Origin: a virus
Taxonomy: Duplodnaviria > Caudoviricetes
Virus record (IMG/VR): IMGVR_UViG_3300036760_000005
Coordinates: 1-34,776 of that record
Reading direction: 5' to 3' (one strand)
DNA length: 34,776 bases
Position numbers and translations under genes: made by a program. Positions 1 through 9,576 of the stretch are shown here, one piece after another (position 1 is the stretch's first letter; each line of letters begins with the position of its first letter). The notes under the pieces are model-generated. The model worked only from the letters and a program-made list of their open reading frames with translations. It did no database searches and was not told where the DNA came from.

Positions 1-123
1 GAGCCGTGGCGCTCCCACAATGGCAGAATAGAGGGCTAGATCGTTGTATATAAAGGGGTTTTTGGTTTGGTGCAAATAACTTGATTGAGATTGACTCTGT
101 GGTGTTTTGGTGTAAGCCGAGCC

Positions 124-297
124 ATGTACCTCAAGCATGGTCTCAGTCAGACTCCAGAGTATCGTTGTTGGCAGCAGATCAAGTCTCGTTGCCTTGAGCA
201 GCTCGCTAAGCGCGTTCCGTATAAGAAAGTGGCGGCGGATTTCGGCATTGGGTACTCTTTGGTTGGTAAGATCAAGCGTGGACAGAGCTGGGCTTAG
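124..297 (+). pseudogene. Internally deleted HNH-type homing endonuclease remnant (57 aa)
   Basis: The N-terminus KHGLSQTPEYRCWQQIKSRC matches the usual opening of phage HNH-like proteins (HGxSxTxEYxxWxxMxxRC). It joins directly to a C-terminal HTH-like tail (YKKVAADFGIGYSLVGKIKRGQSW). The intervening catalytic core is absent. Confidence 0.6.
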
Positions 298-387
298 TCC
301 CTTGCTTGCTTGTTTTTGTCGGTTCGAGGTGAACCCGGCGTAATCCTGTGGTTTTCTTTTATCAGACGGGATCAAGGAGGCCTTCCC

Positions 388-1281
388 TTGTCCACGTCCC
401 GTCTACAGTTTCAGGACTATCAGTTCCGGGTCACTCTCTTGAGTGGGCCTTGGAAGTGGACGACTCGCGTGGATGTGTCGCAGGCGTTGCCCACGACTCA
501 GATCCGGGACGTGATCACGCCCTACGGGATCCTTCGCGACACCATCCCGATCCCCGGCGAGGTCGTGCAGGCGATGGCGGACTCCATCACGGAAGTCCAG
601 CAGTCGTACACGCCTAGCATCCTGCTGAACCCTCTGTCTCTGACGTTTGTGTTGGACGAGGGGCGAGGCGTGTCTGCGGCCCAGTCGGTTCAGATTACGA
701 ACAACGGTTTGTTTGGGTCCTTGCTGGGCGCTTCGATCACATCGTCAGCCCCGTATGTGTTCTCGATCCCAGCGAATGTGAGCGGTCTTGCTGCCAATGA
801 GTCGGGTAGTTTCGATGTGTCGGCAGACAGCTTGAATCTGCTGTCCTTGGGTAGCCCCTATTCAGCACTCCTGACCGTGCAGAGTCCTCAGGCTACAAAC
901 AGCCCCCAGGTGATCCCTGTCAATGTCGTGGTTCGCCCTAAGGCTGTGATCGCTACTTCGGTGGCGGGTCTAAACTTCAACGTTGCGGCACCGCTGAGCG
1001 GGTCGTTCCCTCCTATCCCGTCGCAGCAGTTCCTGCTTTCTAATACGGGCGACCCAACTTCTGTTCTGGACTACCAGATCCGTAAACTTAGCGGCGTTCC
1101 GTGGGTCGTGAGTGTAGCTCCCGTCTACGGTTCACTGAACGGTGGGGGCGGTCAACCCGTTACCGTAGTTGTGGTGCCTACGCCGGGTATGGGTCCTGGT
1201 ACGTATACCGAGACACTTAGGATCACGGGCTACAGCTCGAACATGACTCTAGACGTTTTGGTCACTCTCAACATCTCGTGA
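388..1281 (+). CDS. Putative virion surface protein with two tandem Ig-like (viral BACON-like) domains
   Basis: AAGGAGG at 374-380 precedes an in-frame TTG at 388. Two beta-rich repeats have the pattern xLxF...QxxxxxNxG...P[Y/W]V...Y...LxI/V. Confidence 0.7.
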   Translation: MSTSRLQFQDYQFRVTLLSGPWKWTTRVDVSQALPTTQIRDVITPYGILRDTIPIPGEVVQAMADSITEVQQSYTPSILLNPLSLTFVLDEGRGVSAAQSVQITNNGLFGSLLGASITSSAPYVFSIPANVSGLAANESGSFDVSADSLNLLSLGSPYSALLTVQSPQATNSPQVIPVNVVVRPKAVIATSVAGLNFNVAAPLSGSFPPIPSQQFLLSNTGDPTSVLDYQIRKLSGVPWVVSVAPVYGSLNGGGGQPVTVVVVPTPGMGPGTYTETLRITGYSSNMTLDVLVTLNIS

Positions 1282-1286
1282 TCACT

Positions 1287-1604
1287 ATGAGTGAAGGCGT
1301 GTGCATAGCATGTAACAAGCTTGGCCCTTTAAAACGGGACAGACAGTACACGACTGGTTTTTCCAAGACGTGTAAGAAATGTGCTGCTAAGCAATCTAGA
1401 CTCTATGGTGAACGGAATGCCTTGAAGCCTGTGTCACCAGCCCCGGATAAAACATGTACGGAATGCGGTGGGTTAGGCCCGTTTGGTAAGCAACGTAGGT
1501 CTAAAGACGGGTTCACCGCCAAGTGCAAGGAGTGCTCTAAACGAATGCCATCCAGATGGCTGTACAGACAACTTCTTTTGATTTTACCTCTGCTATCTGC
1601 ATAA
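1287..1604 (+). pseudogene. Truncated homing-endonuclease N-terminus with two CxxC...CxxC zinc-binding repeats
   Basis: CIAC...GFSKTCKKC and CTEC...DGFTAKCKEC resemble the N-terminal modules of the endonucleases at 9576 and 16665. No catalytic domain follows, and codon usage is more AT-rich than in neighbouring genes. Confidence 0.5.
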
Positions 1605-1625
1605 CAACCAGGTGATGGTGATGAT

Positions 1626-1895
1626 ATGAGGGACTTTGATCTTGGTACTATTAGTATGTCGGGTGCTTCCGGGTTAGACGCTCTGTTTCAACGTGAAGCT
1701 CATATCCTCAACCCGCACCCCACGGGACGCACCAAGGTGGCGTCAATCCGGGATTTGAGCGGATTTGTGCGTTTGTCCTCGGAGACGTTGATTCATCGGA
1801 GTGACCGCGACCTGTGGGCACTCAAGAAGGAAGCTGACGGTAACTACTTCATCGAGCGCTTGTTCGATGACAATGGTTCACCACTCAAAGGCTGA
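1626..1895 (+). CDS. Hypothetical protein (89 aa), possible head-associated protein
   Basis: GGTG-type RBS upstream, phage-like codon usage, tight packing with the next gene, and a TKVAS motif. Confidence 0.75.
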   Translation: MRDFDLGTISMSGASGLDALFQREAHILNPHPTGRTKVASIRDLSGFVRLSSETLIHRSDRDLWALKKEADGNYFIERLFDDNGSPLKG

Positions 1896-1900
1896 ACACG

Positions 1901-3661
1901 GTGGAAGCACGCAAGAAAGCACGAGCCGCAATGGCACGCCACGTTCAGGCGTCTGAGCGTTCTCAACTTGAGTCCCAAATGAAAATTGCGGGTCTTGCTG
2001 GGGACGTGCGTGTTGCAGGTGAGGTGCCCAAGCCGCCTAAAGTTGGAGCCATCGACAACGAGGTGGGCGGCCATCTCAAGCGTGCAATTCCATCGGACTA
2101 CGATTACGATCCAAAGGCAATCAAGCCCTTGGCCAAGATGCTGTGGGCGTTGAGTGTCAGTTTGGGGCACGTGATGACGGCGCACCGTCAATTCGTGAAG
2201 CTCAAATCGGCCACTATCTCTCCGGACGGTCTTGTCGGGGGGCGCGGTTACGTGATGTCCGTGAAGGATGTTAGGACCGCTTTGCACGATGCCGCTGAGG
2301 CAATTTCAGCCGTTTCTGACACGATTCACGACGAACTTCATGCCCCTCACTGGCGTCCCAAACTGGGGGAGCTGGAGAAGAATGATGTTGAGGGCATCGA
2401 GCGCTTGGTCGGGGATGCTGAGCGCATCATGGAAGATCCTGAAGGGACGACTTCCGACGACGAGCCCGAGGATATCGAGAAGGCCGAGAAGTCGGGCCCG
2501 CAGACTGACCTAGAAGGGGACGATGCTTCTGGGTCGGAGATGCCCGACGGTGGGGACTACCCGGATTCTACCGCACAGCCCGCTCAGGACATGCAGACCA
2601 AGCAGGCGTCCTATCGACGTACCGTGGAACCCTTGAGTCTATCTGCCCGCGTGCTGAGTCGGTTTGCTTCGTCGTTGCCCGTTGAAACGCTTCCGGGGCC
2701 GCGTGTCAACCATTTGGATCGTGGGGACGTTGATCAGACGGGTCCGTTCGGGTCGTACAACTCCGAAGAACCACAGTCGATGCACGACAATTGGAGTCGC
2801 AACGATGGTGGTCGGGGCGGCGAGTACGACTACGTATCGGACTGGGACAACGATTTGTCCGAGAAGTCCGCGACCTCGATGGTCCCAGATTCCAATACCG
2901 AGCCTACGCCCACCCAGGGTTACGACTTCGGGATTGGCTACGGCAACGGTAATGATGCCCACGGGCAAGGTGCGGGTGGCTACGGCACCGTTGATACCGA
3001 CGGCAAGGGTGTGTACGGCCCTCATGCGGAATTGCCCGACGACCCAGGTGCGGGCGGGCATGACGACGAGAATGACACCACCCCGAGTATTGAAATCTCG
3101 GTGAGTCGCAGTTCAATGCCCAGGACGGCGGCTGCATACGAGATGAAAGACCTTCGGTCTATCATCGTAAGAGGTCGTGAGTACAAGGTTCGCTACGTCA
3201 CGCGAGACCACGGGGATCCGATTGCCGTTATTGATGTTTCTGGCGAAGAATTTGATGGTGAGACAGGGCCCTTTGGTGGCGACTATGGGGACGAGTATCG
3301 ACTTCCGCGAGACTTCGTGGTCCCTCAGAATGGTAGGGCTCGTCTAGCTAGTGCCGATCCTTGGAAGGTCGATGCCGTGGCTGAGTTGCCCAATGACGGT
3401 GAGCCCCCGGTGGCCCGTTCGGATTACTACCAGGGTGACAAGGGCTCGAATCTTGTGAACTCGGTTAGGGGCGATTCAGAACTCCCCGGTGAGCCGACCA
3501 ACAACTACGAGTTCTCTAAAGATGTGCACCCCGGTCTGGGTTATCGCTATGAGCAGGGTGCTCAACCTTACATCAAGTGGGACTCAGAAACTCACAATAT
3601 GCGCCCCGATTACGTTTACCAACGTGAAGTCCAAGGTCCTTACGTTAAGCAGGAAGGCTGA
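1901..3661 (+). CDS. Acidic Gly/Asp-rich protein (586 aa), candidate internal head protein
   Basis: Long ORF with a helical N-terminal domain followed by low-complexity acidic segments. It contains KQAS, KSAT, RTAA and RLAS sites plus RVLSRF and DPWKVDA motifs. Confidence 0.8.
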   Translation: MEARKKARAAMARHVQASERSQLESQMKIAGLAGDVRVAGEVPKPPKVGAIDNEVGGHLKRAIPSDYDYDPKAIKPLAKMLWALSVSLGHVMTAHRQFVKLKSATISPDGLVGGRGYVMSVKDVRTALHDAAEAISAVSDTIHDELHAPHWRPKLGELEKNDVEGIERLVGDAERIMEDPEGTTSDDEPEDIEKAEKSGPQTDLEGDDASGSEMPDGGDYPDSTAQPAQDMQTKQASYRRTVEPLSLSARVLSRFASSLPVETLPGPRVNHLDRGDVDQTGPFGSYNSEEPQSMHDNWSRNDGGRGGEYDYVSDWDNDLSEKSATSMVPDSNTEPTPTQGYDFGIGYGNGNDAHGQGAGGYGTVDTDGKGVYGPHAELPDDPGAGGHDDENDTTPSIEISVSRSSMPRTAAAYEMKDLRSIIVRGREYKVRYVTRDHGDPIAVIDVSGEEFDGETGPFGGDYGDEYRLPRDFVVPQNGRARLASADPWKVDAVAELPNDGEPPVARSDYYQGDKGSNLVNSVRGDSELPGEPTNNYEFSKDVHPGLGYRYEQGAQPYIKWDSETHNMRPDYVYQREVQGPYVKQEG

Positions 3662-3664
3662 GCC

Positions 3665-5662
3665 ATGTCCGAACTGGATCTTAGTTGGTTTTTGAAGGAT
3701 GCATCCGTGGCCGACCTTGATTGGCTTGACGTGGACGAGGAGCAGTACCGGGCGATGGATACGCTTCCGAAGCAGAACCTGGACATTCGTCCGGACCTGG
3801 AAGCGTTGTGGGCACGTGAGGGGGAATCCCCGACCACGTACCTGATCCCGAATCAGGTTCCGGTTCCGACTCCGGGTATCGAGGATCCCAAGACCATGGG
3901 CGACATGTCCCAAGCACATGGGAGGTTACGTGCTCAGGCAGAAGAAATCGCCAAGGTGGCGAGACTGGCTTTGATGCAGTCCGACGATACGGGCCGCCTG
4001 CGTGGTGAGCTGGTCAAGCGCTTTGGTCTTGAGCCGCTACGGGAGCATCGGGCCGTGTTGGCAGCCGTCCTTCAAGAGCGTGGCCTCTTGGGCCGTCTCT
4101 ACGTCGCGGCACAAGACTTTCCGACTTGTGATCGGGGTGGTTCCCCGGTTCAGTTCGTTCGCAAGTACGCCTCTGAGGCCAAGTACGTGTTGGCCAAGAA
4201 GGCTTGTGAGGGTTGCTGCCACTCGAAGCCCACGGTGGCCGGTGGCTCGACCTGTGGGCAGTTCCAGAAAGAGATCAAGGTCCAGGTTCCGTACACGGAA
4301 CACCTGGCTGAGGCCGTCGAGACAGCTCAAGCGGCTCGTGGTCGGGAGATCCAGGCGGCAGTCTCGGACCCCAAAGAGCGGATCCGTCAGGCCTTCCTTG
4401 CGCCACGCTCTACGGCGGTTCGTGCCGTCTACGAAGGCCAGGGCGAGGGTAAGATCCCGAAGCTTGCCGCGTCGGCACCTGGGGTTGCTCGGGGTCAGTT
4501 GCTGGAGGCTTCGTCATTGGTCCGTAAGAAGGTGGCTTCCGAGCAAACGGATTTGGAAGCCCGTCCGGTGATGGCCTTTCTGCACCGTGAAATGGTCAAG
4601 GGTTTGTCCCATGGTGAGCTGGCTAAGACTCTCAAGCTGGCCTTTGACGAGAGCTTGCTGAAGCGTACGCATTCCCATTGGGGCAAGTTGCTCAATGAGT
4701 CTGGGCTCTACGGGGTGGTCTATACGAAGCAGGCGAGCTTCGATGACTGCCGCGTGGGGGCGGACTTCTTGGCCAAACACAATCCGAGTGTTCGGGCAAT
4801 TGTTGCTGGGGATAAGTGCGGTTCGTGCATCTACAACAAGGCAGCTCGTTGCATGATGTACGGTAAGTCGCTCGTCACTAGCGCTTCTGAGGTCGTGACC
4901 TCAGCGACCGTTGCAGCAGTTCTGCTGGAGCACAGCACAGCGGGTCGTCTGCAACCGTGGGATGCTAAGACGGCTTCGACATGGGGCGACAACCCCGTCA
5001 AGGCGCTCAAGGCGATCCATGAGGTGACTCGATCTTCGTACCTTCCGCAAGTGGCACCCGTTCGGATGGGCTTCATGCAGGGCTTCCACGGGCAGACGGT
5101 GGGGCACACCACGAGTGGTTTGGATCGCCGTGGTATTGTGAAGCAGGCCTCGAAGTATCTGAACGAGGGGCTGTATGGGCAGGACTTGCTGGCTGCCCTC
5201 AAGAGTCGCTTTGCGACGGCTGATCTCGTGGCGTCCAAGGACGAGCTTCGTTCAGTGCTGGCGGAGCAGGGGCTTCAGGGCATCTACTACGTAGACCCGA
5301 GCGTCTACGATGACTACGGCAAAGGCTGCAAGGAAGCTTCCCGGTTGCACGGAACTCGCGTTGTTGGCTACCTCAAAGAGGGTTCCAAGTGCGGGAGCTG
5401 CGTGCATCAGATCCGTACGGGTTTCTGCTCGCAGATCAACAAGCAGTTGGTGGTAGAGCCGCCATACGTGGACAAGCTGGCGCAGCAGCGTGAGATCCTC
5501 GCTTCGGGTAGTTCTTTTGAGATTGAGCCCGACACGATCATGCACAACGCCAACACGTTGGCGGAGTTCGAGATGCAGCACGAAATGGCGGTGGAGGTCA
5601 AAGAGGCTTCTGCTCCTGGGTCCGTGGCCATCCAGTTCGGCACGGGGAAAGTTAGTCTTTGA
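3665..5662 (+). CDS. Cys-rich protein with three internal repeats, putative metal-binding (665 aa)
   Basis: Long ORF with AGGAAGG upstream. It has three copies of ExGLxGxxY...C...CxxC...C. Confidence 0.85.
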   Translation: MSELDLSWFLKDASVADLDWLDVDEEQYRAMDTLPKQNLDIRPDLEALWAREGESPTTYLIPNQVPVPTPGIEDPKTMGDMSQAHGRLRAQAEEIAKVARLALMQSDDTGRLRGELVKRFGLEPLREHRAVLAAVLQERGLLGRLYVAAQDFPTCDRGGSPVQFVRKYASEAKYVLAKKACEGCCHSKPTVAGGSTCGQFQKEIKVQVPYTEHLAEAVETAQAARGREIQAAVSDPKERIRQAFLAPRSTAVRAVYEGQGEGKIPKLAASAPGVARGQLLEASSLVRKKVASEQTDLEARPVMAFLHREMVKGLSHGELAKTLKLAFDESLLKRTHSHWGKLLNESGLYGVVYTKQASFDDCRVGADFLAKHNPSVRAIVAGDKCGSCIYNKAARCMMYGKSLVTSASEVVTSATVAAVLLEHSTAGRLQPWDAKTASTWGDNPVKALKAIHEVTRSSYLPQVAPVRMGFMQGFHGQTVGHTTSGLDRRGIVKQASKYLNEGLYGQDLLAALKSRFATADLVASKDELRSVLAEQGLQGIYYVDPSVYDDYGKGCKEASRLHGTRVVGYLKEGSKCGSCVHQIRTGFCSQINKQLVVEPPYVDKLAQQREILASGSSFEIEPDTIMHNANTLAEFEMQHEMAVEVKEASAPGSVAIQFGTGKVSL

Positions 5663-6075
5663 CCTACGCACGAACAGTGATGGCGCTGCGTGTGGCGGCT
5701 CGTTTTCAACGGGCAGACCAACCGGCGGGTGCACGCAAAGAGGTGCGTGACCTGGTTAAGCCCGTCAACAAGCCGAAGGGTATCTCCAGAGAAACGCTCA
5801 AGGATTACGTGACTACTGAGGATGCTGAGGGGCAGGCACCTAACAAGCGTGACATTCGTCCCGAGGACGTGTTCCAGCCGAAGCCGAAGAACATGAATGT
5901 GCTCGATTACGCCCTCAAAGGGTGGCCTGGGTCGAGTGACGACTATGAAGATATGGGGAAGGCGATCAATCAGCAGATCCCTAAAGACAAGGGCTACGCC
6001 ACTGTGAGTGGGCTCAGTCAATACCTCGTAGAGACAGACGGTGGGGGCGGCACCAAGGCTGTCGGAAAGAAGTAA
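5659..6075 (+). CDS. Hypothetical protein (138 aa) with an N-terminal RVAARF motif
   Basis: The start overlaps the upstream stop (TTGA), and an alternative ATG lies at 5680. Codon usage is typical. Confidence 0.75.
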   Translation: MTYARTVMALRVAARFQRADQPAGARKEVRDLVKPVNKPKGISRETLKDYVTTEDAEGQAPNKRDIRPEDVFQPKPKNMNVLDYALKGWPGSSDDYEDMGKAINQQIPKDKGYATVSGLSQYLVETDGGGGTKAVGKK

Positions 6076-6077
6076 CT

Positions 6078-6701
6078 ATGGGGAACAAGGTACTCGATAT
6101 GGAAGATGGTTTGGACGGCCCCCCAGAAGCCGTTACCCCTCTGCCCAAACCCACGCATCAGGTAAGTTTCTTACCCACGAGGACTGTGGCCCCAGCGGGG
6201 GGACGTGCTGCGGGTGGCCGTACTCGTCCGGCGGGTAGCCGTTTTCAAAAGCCTACGGCAGAGGATTTGGAGCATTACGAGGCCACGGCAGAGGAACGCA
6301 ATCTTTTCATCGCCAACGATCCGGTGGTTCGTAGTGCGGCGGGCCGCGACCCTGTGGCCTTGTTGGGTACTTTGAAGGCTGAGGTTGCCCGTGAAGCGGC
6401 AGCTCTGGTCTACCAGCGCATCGAGAACGAGAAGATGGGCAAGGACATCTCTCAGGTTAGCGGGCGTCGTATCGATGCCCTCAAGAAGATCGCTGACATC
6501 GAAATGGAGATGCGGAAGATCGGTTTCGACCAGATCGATGTTCACAGCGAGAAGTTTCAGCGGATCTTTAAGCTGTGGATCGAGACCATCCGTACTGTGG
6601 CCGAGCACACCCTAAACCCCGAGCAACTCGACTTGTTCTTCAACCGGCTGACCACTGAAATGGATGGTTGGGAGGACAAGGCTGAGGACTTGATTCGGTG
6701 A
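6078..6701 (+). CDS. Helical protein, candidate terminase small subunit
   Basis: Lies immediately upstream of terL and has a helical/coiled-coil C-terminal half. The functional call rests on position only. Confidence 0.45.
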   Translation: MGNKVLDMEDGLDGPPEAVTPLPKPTHQVSFLPTRTVAPAGGRAAGGRTRPAGSRFQKPTAEDLEHYEATAEERNLFIANDPVVRSAAGRDPVALLGTLKAEVAREAAALVYQRIENEKMGKDISQVSGRRIDALKKIADIEMEMRKIGFDQIDVHSEKFQRIFKLWIETIRTVAEHTLNPEQLDLFFNRLTTEMDGWEDKAEDLIR

Positions 6702-6704
6702 TGT

Positions 6705-8774
6705 GTGCCACCTAAGAAAAAACCATCTGGGGATGGCATTGCGAGTCTTATTCGGGACGCTGGTGCTCGGGCTAAGCTCGCTGTAGAGCATAAGCAACAA
6801 GCTCTAGACCATGCGGCAGCGGTAGAGCTGGACCCGAGTGCTGAGCTTATCGTGGATGAAATTCGTCCATTTAAGCCCAGGATCTTCAACATCCTAGAGT
6901 ACATCGAGCAGTCCTGGGGACTGGGGATGAAGCTGTTCCCGGCACAGCGCTTCATCGTCAAGCTCTACTACCACCTTCCGCTTGAGGAAAAGGAGAAGAC
7001 GATCGAGGTCCGAGACATGCTCGGATCCAAGATCCTGCACTACTTCACCGAGAAGGAGTACCTCAAGTTCCTTTACGAAGACGGCCGCTGCAACATTGGA
7101 GAGCAGGATCACGAGAGACGTGAGCTTGTGTTGGCCATTGGCCGCAGGGCAGGAAAAACTACATTATCTGGAATCTTTGCCAGCTACGAGGTCTACCGTC
7201 TCCTGAACCTTGGCAACCCGCAGGAATACTACGGCCTCCCGAACGGCAACCGCATTCAGATCATCTCGGTCGCCACGGACAAGGACCAGGCGGGTATCTT
7301 GTTCAACGAGGTGACCACGCACTTGGCGAAGTGCGAGTATTTCAAGCCTTACGTTGCGAACAACACGCTCAGTCACATTCAGTTCCGAACCCCGTACGAC
7401 ATTTCCAGGTTTGGCCCCTCAGCCCGGCACCAGAACGGCAAGTTCGTCTCGTTCAACGGCAAGGCTACGCTGCGCGTCACCTTCAAGTCCTGCATCGCAA
7501 AGGGCCTTCGTGGTTCCGGTAACGTGGTCGTCATAATGGACGAGATGGCCCACTACCAGGACAAGGGGCAGTCGAGCGCCAAGGACATTTACGACGCCGT
7601 TACGCCGTCTACCGCCGCCTTCTCGCCCAAGACTTTGGACGCGAAGGGGCAGCTCATGCCGATCGTGAAGCCGGACGGAACGACCTATCCGGTCGAGTCT
7701 CGGATCATTACGATTTCGTCCCCGCTGAACAAGCACGGGCAGTTCTACGACCTGTACTACAAGGCGATGAGCCGGGCCCCGGGGTCGGACAACATTCTGG
7801 CGATTCAAGCCCCAACATGGGAGGTGAACCCCACCCTACCCTCGTCCTATTACGTTCAGAAGTACCACTCGGACCCGGCGGTGTTCCTCACGGAGCACGG
7901 CGCTCAGTTCAGCGATCGTGTCCGAGGTTGGATTGAGCGTGAGTCGGATCTGGTTGAGTGCGTTGAACCTGATCTGCGGCCACAGGTCATGGGCATTCCC
8001 CGGTACCCGTACCAGATGGGGATCGATATCGGACTCGTGGGCGACGGTACCGCGATTGCGATCACCTGCGACATCAATGGCAAGGTGCTGTTGGCGTACC
8101 ACGAGTATTGGCAGGCAGGTGTGGATTGGCGTGAATCGAATCCGCATCTCGGCAGCAACTACTCGACCGACTATTGCAAGGGTTTGGCCACGGTAGATCG
8201 CCTGGATTTCGAGGAGATTGGCAATTGGATCCACAAGCTCTCCAAGCGCTTCTTTATTACAGACGGCCTCTTTGACCGCTGGAACGGCATCCCGTTAGAG
8301 CAGGCGTTGCTCAAGAAAGGGTTGACTCAATTCAAGAGTGAATACTTCCAACGTGACCTGGCTTCACGCATTTACCAGAACACCAAGATGCTGATGTTCG
8401 ATAAGAGCCTCCGGTTATACGACTTCCCGAGGGGCACAGGGGCTAAGCACTCGCTGCTCCTTGAGGAGCTTCTCCAGCTACAGGCTCAACAGATGTCCAA
8501 GAACATTGTGGTGGTGCAGGCCCCTCAGACAGCAGGGCACCACGATGACTTGAGTGATGCCCTGGTTCGGGCCATTTGGCTTACCTCTGAGCGCATGCGC
8601 AATGAGAAGTATGTGTACGGGAACTCGGCGGGTGTGCCCGATCATGCGGGTTCAGCGATGAGCGCTGGACGCTACCAGATGATGCGTGCTCGGAGTCACG
8701 GGGGTTTCTCGGATCGCACCGTGAGCAAGAACATTGGCCTCCGGCAGCGTTCTGCGCTGCGGGTCCCTAGGTAA
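6705..8774 (+). CDS. terL: Terminase large subunit
   Basis: Walker A LAIGRRAGKT, Walker B VVIMDE, coupling motif ISSP, and RNase H-like nuclease motifs GIDIG and HDDLSDA. Confidence 0.93.
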   Translation: MPPKKKPSGDGIASLIRDAGARAKLAVEHKQQALDHAAAVELDPSAELIVDEIRPFKPRIFNILEYIEQSWGLGMKLFPAQRFIVKLYYHLPLEEKEKTIEVRDMLGSKILHYFTEKEYLKFLYEDGRCNIGEQDHERRELVLAIGRRAGKTTLSGIFASYEVYRLLNLGNPQEYYGLPNGNRIQIISVATDKDQAGILFNEVTTHLAKCEYFKPYVANNTLSHIQFRTPYDISRFGPSARHQNGKFVSFNGKATLRVTFKSCIAKGLRGSGNVVVIMDEMAHYQDKGQSSAKDIYDAVTPSTAAFSPKTLDAKGQLMPIVKPDGTTYPVESRIITISSPLNKHGQFYDLYYKAMSRAPGSDNILAIQAPTWEVNPTLPSSYYVQKYHSDPAVFLTEHGAQFSDRVRGWIERESDLVECVEPDLRPQVMGIPRYPYQMGIDIGLVGDGTAIAITCDINGKVLLAYHEYWQAGVDWRESNPHLGSNYSTDYCKGLATVDRLDFEEIGNWIHKLSKRFFITDGLFDRWNGIPLEQALLKKGLTQFKSEYFQRDLASRIYQNTKMLMFDKSLRLYDFPRGTGAKHSLLLEELLQLQAQQMSKNIVVVQAPQTAGHHDDLSDALVRAIWLTSERMRNEKYVYGNSAGVPDHAGSAMSAGRYQMMRARSHGGFSDRTVSKNIGLRQRSALRVPR

Positions 8775-8801
8775 TCCTCTTGAGATTTGGCTTTAGCGTA
8801 G

Positions 8802-9050
8802 ATGGACGAAAACCCACCACTGGTCTTTGCAAACAAGGTCATCCGCCAGATGATTCAGCACATGGTAGCTGAAGATATGGTGGTTGATCGTAAAGACTAC
8901 TTGGCCATTCGTGTGGTATTTCGGAAGTGCGGTGGTTCTTGGGCGAAGTTTGTTGATGGCGAGCTTCCTCAGTTCGAGCTTCTCAAAAGCGTGATCACGT
9001 CCTGGGGTCAAATGTCCGGACGCCAGAAATCCTCGGACCAGTTGATCTGA
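8802..9050 (+). CDS. Hypothetical protein (82 aa)
   Basis: Fills the gap between terL and the next gene, ending 1 nt before its ATG. No clear SD sequence. Confidence 0.65.
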   Translation: MDENPPLVFANKVIRQMIQHMVAEDMVVDRKDYLAIRVVFRKCGGSWAKFVDGELPQFELLKSVITSWGQMSGRQKSSDQLI

Positions 9051-9051
9051 C

Positions 9052-9576
9052 ATGGCAACGGAACTCTTTCGCTCACGTGACCTGATCGTCTTCTCGAAGG
9101 GCGCAACGTTTACCGTTGATGTCCCCGAGACGGCTGCGGTCAATGGGTGGCAGGGGGGTTTAGGCTTTCAGTGGACGCCGCCCGTGGGGGACCAGATGCT
9201 GGCCACGGTTTCGGACGGCCTCTACGGGGGTTTTGCGCTTTGGGGCTCGGACGAGTCTGCGGATCAGTTCGTCAGCTCTACTCGGAACCAACCGACGTAT
9301 CGTTACGTGGTCTTGGGAGCGGGCGGGTGGCTCATCGCGACCTCTGGTTACGAGAAGTACACGTATGCGTCGCGAGTTGGTCCCGGACCTTTGGTGCCGT
9401 TAGTGTATACAGCTAATGATCGGTTGGTGTTTAGCTTGAACGGTAAATGGACTCGCGAGGACGAATGGTCTTTGTCGGGGGACCCGAGGGCTCCTAACAA
9501 CTACTACATTGGGTTCGTGGCCCAGAGGCCCGTACCTGAGCGTAACGATTACTTGACTATCCAGGTTTCGATCTAA
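9052..9576 (+). CDS. Putative capsid cement/decoration-like protein, paralog 1
   Basis: Shares RD...GWxGG...YGGFxLxGSxESADQ...YEKYT...GxWT motifs with the ORFs at 10376 and 10895. Confidence 0.7.
   Translation: MATELFRSRDLIVFSKGATFTVDVPETAAVNGWQGGLGFQWTPPVGDQMLATVSDGLYGGFALWGSDESADQFVSSTRNQPTYRYVVLGAGGWLIATSGYEKYTYASRVGPGPLVPLVYTANDRLVFSLNGKWTREDEWSLSGDPRAPNNYYIGFVAQRPVPERNDYLTIQVSI

Noticed and set aside
310-387. N-terminal extension of the BACON-like ORF given by the track
   Set aside because: A strong AAGGAGG positions the start at TTG 388, and the extension covers a T-rich intergenic-looking stretch.
4070-5468. HiPIP or ferredoxin identity for the Cys-rich repeats
   Set aside because: CxxC...C is superficially similar, but the C-terminal GWC-type ligand of HiPIP and the CxxCxxC ferredoxin spacing are absent.
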